Assembly (NCBI RefSeq): GCF_902459465.1
Contig: NC_047074.1
Location: 1,674,001-1,738,000, forward strand
Direction of reading: 5' to 3'
DNA length: 64,000 bases
From: Asterias rubens
Lineage: Eukaryota
The position numbers and the translations under genes were made by a program. The notes under the pieces were generated by a model. It saw only the letters and a program-made list of their open reading frames with translations. It was not told the origin of the DNA and made no database searches. This document shows positions 57,161-64,000 of the stretch, in pieces. Position 1 is the first letter of the stretch. Each line of letters begins with the position of its first letter.

Positions 57161-60100
57161 ATGGCTGCCGAAATTAGAACAAAACCTCAGACGAGGAGGC
57201 CTGTTTTACTCAGTAAATTAGAAGGATGCAACGGAACGGTCACAAAAGCTGTAATTATTCCGAAGGAAGATGGGGTTATCAGTGTTAGTGAAGACAGGTA
57301 AGTTATTAAATGGGGAGTGAAGGCACTGACTAAGTGAATTAGGAATAGTGGTTTAGTTAGGATCGAAACAAAAACAAGAACAAAGTGCAGTCAGTCACTC
57401 TTTTCATCAGTCAGTGTTAAACTAAAAATATAAATAATAAATAATGGCCATTTTTAATGTGCCATATCCATCTTAAAAGACGTTCAAGGCGCAGAGAAAA
57501 TGTAAACAAAACAATATCCAGAGATGACATTAGGCATTACTTCGACAATTACGAACAAGGCTAGGCCACATCATGGCATATGAACAAAACCATGACATGT
57601 ATTGTAATGACTTGTTACATGTATGTATGTATGAAAACATCTTGAAAAGGGTGTTTTTTCAGAGTAACTTTAAATTTTTGTTTTAAATTTGAATCGAAAA
57701 CAATACAAATATCTTGAGTTAATTCGTTTTGCAGCAGTTAGATCAATATAAATAATGGATTGGAACTGTCATTTTTGAGACAATCAACACTAAAACTACA
57801 TCTTTGGTGTTTGTTATGTTAGTGTCCTTACCCCTATACTGTCTAGTTACTAGTTTAAACATTAATTTTAATTTACGTTGTAACTGTTTGCCATCCCCTT
57901 CCTTCAGAGAGTAAAGCCTGGTTCAAACTTCCCACGGACGCAAACAAATTTTTGACATCACAAGGCTGTTTTCGCAGCGAGTCTTTCCCAGGAGTTGAAC
58001 AAAGTCCGGCTATAGCGAATTATACTTTTGCGAATTCGTTAGTGAAGTAAAAATTTGCTTTGCACTTGCAGGAAGTTTCGACCGGTCTTAACACTAGCAT
58101 TTCACACAATCTATTCTGTTAAAATCCCTGTGGAGACGAACTGTTTCTTCCTTTGTTGTCCTTGTATAATCATTGAGGTAGAACTACGTAGAACCTCCAT
58201 GGTTATAATTAACATCATTCCATCTTTGTACACACACCTCCTTGTGGAGCACCCCCAGTCTGTAGAATACATACATACACTTTTTTATTTTCCGTCTCTG
58301 TTAAATTATCATTGGTCTCCATAGCATATAAAACACTAAAATACGCATTGTGTAGTGTACTTTAAAACACTTCTTTAATGTATATTTCCTGACTCTCCTC
58401 GCTGACTCATAGTGATGACTCACGTTTAGATCCAAGTTATTTAAGTCTAGACTCTTTAAGTTGGCTGCTTAGTGTTAGAGATCTGTCATCTGTCATGAAT
58501 TGTCTCCAAGAGAACCTCCCTAATATCTAAATGTAGTTTGTGTGTTTCTGAAATCCATCAACAGTTGTGTCATATACCTTCTTCTTTTTGTTTGTTTTGC
58601 AGAACTCTTCGTGTTTGGCTGAAAAGGGATTCTGGTTTGTATTGGCCGAGCATCTGCCACACAATGCCAGGTACATAATAATAATAACAGAGGCTTCTTA
58701 TATAGAGCACATATCTGCAGACTGGGCCCCTGTCTTTATTCGCAAGGATAAAGACCGGTACCTGCTATTTAGGTCCAGTGATTCCATTGGATACAATGAT
58801 ATTGGATAAACGTGCACAGTGACGTGAGGTTTGCATACGCCCAAACAGTACACTCCTATCACGTCGCCATAGAATTTGACTGCGTACCTCTATGTGAAAT
58901 GAATGTACGGTAGGTTGAAGGTGAAAGTACACGCCGGTTTGGAGGCAGGTCTCTTGGGTTATTCACGAGCCTTGAAGTGTGACGTCAGATGTTCATGCTA
59001 ACATATGTGCACTCATTGAAGCTCAAGGCGCTTTAACATACAGTATTTCGCTGCAAGGTATGTGGGACTACATTTCAATTATGAAATGGTTTACAAGGTG
59101 ATGTGGCGCAATATGCTATGCTGCCAATCAAACCAGGAACACCAGGGAGAACCCCTTACTCCTTTCGATAAGTGCACTGGGTTCTTTTACATGCAATACA
59201 AAACACACAGGACAAGCGGCTCTACATTCCATCAGAAGGACGAAGCATCATGGCCTTAGTATCTTGCTTAAGGACACAAGTGTCACGACTGGGACTCAAA
59301 CCCACACTCGGCTGATCAGAGACACCAGAGTTTGAATCCGGTGCTCTTATCTGCTCGACCTCGCCACTAACAGTTTGGAAACAGTGTGTCCAACAAAAAC
59401 CTCAGTCACCCCTTGAGTCAACTGTAAAAAGTATTTGAAAAAATAACGTAATGTAAACCAGTAACAATGTTTTGAAATTCGTTTCCCTCAATTTTTCAGC
59501 TTCCTGCTCAACGTTAGAGTTCTGCCCACAGACAAGACGACTCTTCGTTGGTATGGATAATGGTGTTATATCTGAATTCAGTCTGGCAGAAGACTACAAC
59601 AGCCTGAGAACAAGACGGGACTATCTTGGTAAATGAAGATCAAGTTTCGGAATAGCTGTTGGTACTTATTCCTACCCATACCAAATACAACAAAAACAGC
59701 AACTGGCGAAAGTTCAGTTATTGTATTTTCTTGCAGTCAACGCAAACTCCATACTATGTGACATACCATTCTGCATTTAGCAGGGTTCTTAGAGGCCTTG
59801 ATACATGTATGTCCACATTAGTATACAAATTATGAACGCTTATGAGTGCATTGCGATGAAATTCTAGGCCCGGTGTACTTTTAAACTGTTTGCTTACACA
59901 CATTCACAGACACAGTCTCATATCACAGTCCTATGGTCAAACCTTTGCCCTGGGTCTATTTCACAAAACTCTTCCTTACTTAGGAACCGTCCCAGGAACT
60001 AGGACTATAGACTCCCAGCCTTTCAAGTCCTAACTCTTTGTGAAATCAACCCTGATGTATAATTATTCTTCTTTTTTCTTTGCAGCTCATCAGAGTCGTG

Positions 60101-63100
60101 TGAGTGATGTGACCTTCTCTATGCTGACAGAACTTGTCTTGAGCGTTGGGAGAGACAAGTTCTTCCAGTGGCACTGTAGCGAATCAGGGCGACGTCTTGG
60201 AGGTTACAAACTGGAAGCCTGGGGAACAGCTCTACAGTATCCTTTCAGACATTAATAGTTATAATAATAGCTGGATTTATATATCACCTAATTACCAAAG
60301 GATGCAAGATACTTGAGGAAAAAAGAAAGACCAAACTGATGGTGACAACAAGGTACATATATGCCAACTAGTGTGTCTTGAGACCTGTTTAGAAGGACAG
60401 AACAGTCTGAGTGTTTTTGATGGGGACATGAAGACCGTTCCATAGGTGGGAGGCAGTGGCAGAGAAAGCTCTCTCACCAGCAGCTAGTTTGCGAGACGTG
60501 TTCACCACAAGGGCTTTTTTATTTAAGTGAATATAATGTGACTAGGAACAAATAAGATGTTTTAGTCAGTGGTCACGACAAACATATTTAGATTCTCGGG
60601 TAGCAGCTATGAAACTTGTATGGATTTCTTTAACTTAAATTTGAAAGATTTGATGAAGAAACCAAACACGCTTTCATCGCAGACTACGCTGGCCAAATCA
60701 CCGTCTTGAAAGTGATGGACAATGGTCACCAAGTGATTACAACTCTTAAAGGACATTCCGGTAAGTGCTAAATGGTAATGCTTAAATGCACTTAGCAAAT
60801 TTGCTTAGTTGTAAGCGTCTTTCACAGGTTAGCAAGAAAAATTTGCGGTCATCTTGCGCATTCACTATGTATTGCATTGTGATGTCGTTCATTTTGGTGC
60901 AGTAAGCACCAGACGTTTCGAAGTGCTACCACTACTTTCCTTGTTTCAGCATTTTGTTAGGAATTCACCTGTGAGGATAAAGGTACAAGTGATGCCTGGA
61001 CTAATTTCCTAAGCAAATGTTTATTTATTATCTGTAGTAAAGGTTATAACTTTGATGTTTTTGTTGTTATTATTCTAGGAAGCACTCGCTGTCTTGCCTG
61101 GGATGCAGAGAATAAACTTCTCTTTTCGGGGAGTTTTGATCAATCAATCATAGTATGGGACATTGGTGGGCAAAAGGGAACAGCATTTGAACTCCAGGGA
61201 CACATGTGAGTATACCATAGTTGTAACCACGGTGGATGTAGCCTGGTGAGTTTGCCCGGAACTAACAAATTTAGCCAAACTCTCTGAACCAAATACACTT
61301 TGCTGCCCAGCACAGGTTTCCCCCAGATTGCACTTTAGCAATGATGGCCCCATATCTAAACATGAATAATGTTGTTGAATGGCTCGCCCTGGGTGGACTA
61401 AATTGGATTGTAGAGCCCACCACTTAAATTGGTCTACATGTAGCTACAACACTGTCGTTCATAATACATTAAAGGGTTTGGGTCCTTTTTGTACAACATA
61501 AAACGCAAACGTCCACAGGATTACATTAAACTTACAAAGTTTAAAGATAATGGTAGTAGAAAGCTTCCCTTAAAATATTACTTGCAAAACATTCGCTGCA
61601 AAAACAGCCCTTTGACATCCATTCGCAGGAAGTATGAACCGGACTTAAGTCTTGAGAAATAAGTGAAGTAATCAGAATCAGAATGCTTGTGTAACTATTT
61701 GTTTTTACTTTTTCTAGGGGGAAAGTAGAAGCAGTGTGTTATTCCTCCAGAAGTAAACAGCTCTTTTCGGCAGGAGACGATAACAACATCGTCGTCTGGA
61801 ATATGGCCGGGAAAAGGCAAGAGGTAGGAAACTGGAGGAATTTTCTTAAAGGAGCACGTTGCCTTGGATCGGTCGAGTTGGACTTTGAAAAGCGTTTGAA
61901 ACCGTTTGTTATGAAATGCATATGAATCGAGAGATATTTTAAAGGTAGAATATAATGATCCACACAAGTATCACTCGAAATTGTGTTGTTTTTCTTTTAC
62001 CTCGTCGACTAACACGGTCGGCCGTTTATGGGAGTCAAATTTTTGACTCGCATAAATGGCCGACGTGTTAATTCGCAAAGTAAAAGGAAAACCACACATT
62101 TTCGAGGCAAATTTGTGTGGATCATTGTATTCTACTTTTAACACAACTTTCTAACCATATATGCATTTTATAACAAACGGTTTGTAGAGGCTTTTTATAG
62201 ACAAACTCGGCCGATCCAAGGCAACGTGTTCCTTTAAGGGAAAGAAACATGAAATGGAAGTGATCATGTCTATCTTGCGAGGTTTCCAATTATGTACGTG
62301 TTTCAGCAAGTACTTATAAAGTGTGGATGTGAGAACACAATGTAGGGACTGGAATTACATGCAGGGCGCAGAGGCCATGACCTCCGTTGCCCCTGCTGTT
62401 GGCCTTGGTGCCCTTCAAAGGTTTCGCATTGACTTTGAGATTTTCCAATAGTAGTGCCTTTTGCAAATTGAAATTCCAGGCACACAGTGGGTTTTACATT
62501 GTTGAAGAATATTGTTTGTGGTCTTGGGCTGGGTCATTGTGCTCAATGCAGGCCTTTGGCTGCACACGGATCGATAGACTCGTAGTGTTGTGCATATTTT
62601 GATGTTTAAGTTGACTATTTTTACATTAATTATTTGTAACAGACTCCTGAGTGGGAGGAGAGCGATACATGCCAGAAATGCAAGAGTCCGTTCTTCTGGA
62701 ACTTCAAAGAAATGTGGACAGCTAAGACAATTGGTGTGAGACAGGTATGCCATACAAGGTTCTTCCACTCATCATTTTATACTTGTGCAACTGCTCTCTT
62801 TTACACAGATCAAAACATGTCTTAAAGGCACTGCACACGGGTAATTACTCAATCGTTAGCTTAAAATCTTAACATGTCTTAAAGGCACTGCACACGGGTA
62901 ATTACTCAATCGTTAGCTTAAAATCTTTTTTGGAAACGAGCAACAGAGAGCTGTTGATAGGATTGTGAGAAACGGCTCCCTCTGAAGTAACATAGTTTTT
63001 GAGAAAGTATTAATTTCTAAAGCCTTATATTATGCATGTGAAAGCACATAAATTTATGCAACAATATTATTCTCTTGCAACTTCTATGACCAATGGAGTC

Positions 63101-64000
63101 CAACTTGTGACTATCATCCCTGTACATTATACTGAAGAAACAATGCCTTGAATGAACTGTCAAGTACATGAACATGTGTATTACAGCACACTTTCTCTAA
63201 CATTTTTCCAAACATTTTTTTTCTTACAATTACCCAGCACCACTGCAGGAAGTGTGGACAAGCGCTGTGTGACAAATGCACCCCAGAACGATCAACATTA
63301 CCATTGCTTGGTTTCGAGTTTGAAGTACGCATTTGCAAGAACTGTTTTGACAATCTCACAGATGAAGAGTAAGTACAGTGACCAGCTCCAACAACATTGA
63401 TCCTAAAACTGATCACTATTATAATTGTGTAAAGGCTCACCTTCCACCACTGTGGCCCTGCACTCCCCTGCAGCCGGTTCGTCTATGGATACGGAACTTA
63501 ACTCGTTCTAATTCCTTAGAATAATCCCAAGTTAGGAAGAGTTTGGTAAAGTCGACGGCTGGTTCGATTCACAACTGTTGCTTTGTGAGTAGTAGAGTTA
63601 AGCTAAAGTAATCTTCTGTGCCACAAGGTTTTTATTTCGTAGTAGAGCATTAAATTGAGAACTACAGTAGTTACATCTGATTTTTAGTCAAAGTTATTTG
63701 TGTTGCTAAAATTTGAGGACACAACAAGTTGAAGTGGTATATAACGTATCTGTAGCTATTTGGTCTTTTCATATATTCAACGATGTGTGATAGCACTGTA
63801 TACTCAGTACTTTCCTGAACCCTGCAACAGGCATATTCTGTTATAACGCGGGTAGAATTCGAACCCATCACCTTCTTGCAAATTTCCATCTATATCTATA
63901 GCTGCTATGTAAACTTCTAGTACAAACTAACCTTATATTGATCAATTTATTTTTTCTCTTCACAGTCGAGCCCCAATGGCATCTTTCTACGATGCCAAAC
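57161..64000 (+). CDS. WDFY2: WD repeat and FYVE domain-containing protein (WDFY1/WDFY2 co-orthologue), 3'-truncated by window end
   Basis: Exons 57161-57297, 58603-58670, 59500-59628, 60086-60236, 60648-60760, 61079-61205, 61718-61823, 62643-62744, 63238-63368, 63966->64000 in frame. [38 protein letters not shown]40 repeats, FYVE (W.ESD.CQKC..PFFWNFK..W...[16 protein letters not shown]...RICKNC). Confidence 0.95.
57455..58261 (-). repeat. Right arm of ~800-bp inverted duplication, in WDFY intron 1
   Basis: Reverse complement of 54474-55267. Confidence 0.92.
59255..59365 (-). mobile_element. SINE head (family S1/S2)
   Basis: Same tRNA-like head plus GACACTTGTGTCCTTAAGCAAG as 44707-44995. 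Confidence 0.65.
59953..60051. mobile_element. PIF/Harbinger-like MITE with CTG target duplication
   Basis: CTG|GGTCTATTTCACAAA...CTCTTTGTGAAATCAACC|CTG. Confidence 0.7.
61850..62233. mobile_element. Fully palindromic 384-bp Kolobok-like element, family K3
   Basis: TTAA-AGGAGCACGTTGCCTTGGATCGG...CCGATCCAAGGCAACGTGTTCCT-TTAA; inverted symmetry continues to the centre (GGGAGTCAAATTTTTGACTCGC). Confidence 0.85.
62814..63110. mobile_element. Partial K1 MITE with a 57-bp tandem duplication of its left end
   Basis: AACATGTCTTAAAGGCACTGCACACGGGTAATTACTCAATCGTTAGCTTAAAATCTT at 62814 and 62871. Confidence 0.7.

Noticed and set aside
54443-58324. Two near-identical ORFs ([11 protein letters not shown]...) as duplicated genes
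   Set aside because: By-product of the inverted duplication; TTG starts, no recognisable domain, diverge at the arm boundary.
1-64000. Bacterial/viral origin or an autonomous transposon
   Set aside because: All genes are intron-rich with metazoan orthologues; no long transposase, integrase or RT ORF is present in the six-frame track.

Overview
Eukaryotic (invertebrate deuterostome-like, probably echinoderm/sea star; taxon is inference, not provable here), AT-rich, repeat-dense genomic DNA with GT-AG spliced genes. Six protein-coding genes were assembled by hand from splice sites and reading-frame continuity: a complete sphingosine-1-phosphate lyase (SGPL1, minus, 15 coding exons, 549 aa); three complete SLC22/MFS organic-ion transporter paralogues with an identical 9-exon layout (two minus, one plus, the last two head-to-head); a secreted ApeC-domain-only (apextrin-like) gene (minus, 3 exons, 310 aa); and the 5' part of a WDFY1/2 orthologue (plus, 10 exons seen, running off the window end). 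Non-coding DNA is filled with non-autonomous DNA transposons (TTAA/AGG Kolobok-like, CWG-TSD Harbinger-like, 8-bp-TSD Merlin-like, 9-bp-TSD elements), tRNA-derived SINEs, LINE 3' remnants and several tandem arrays. No prokaryotic features, CRISPR array, rRNA, convincing functional tRNA or transposase ORF were seen. The most notable observations are (i) an ~800-bp inverted duplication bracketing the WDFY promoter and exon 1 next to the ApeC gene, (ii) shared loss of canonical charged residues in all three SLC22 paralogues, and (iii) structured repeats (TIR-bounded hairpin minisatellite; 60-bp array with higher-order structure). All coordinates and identities were read by eye; no database search was possible, so novelty is unverified.
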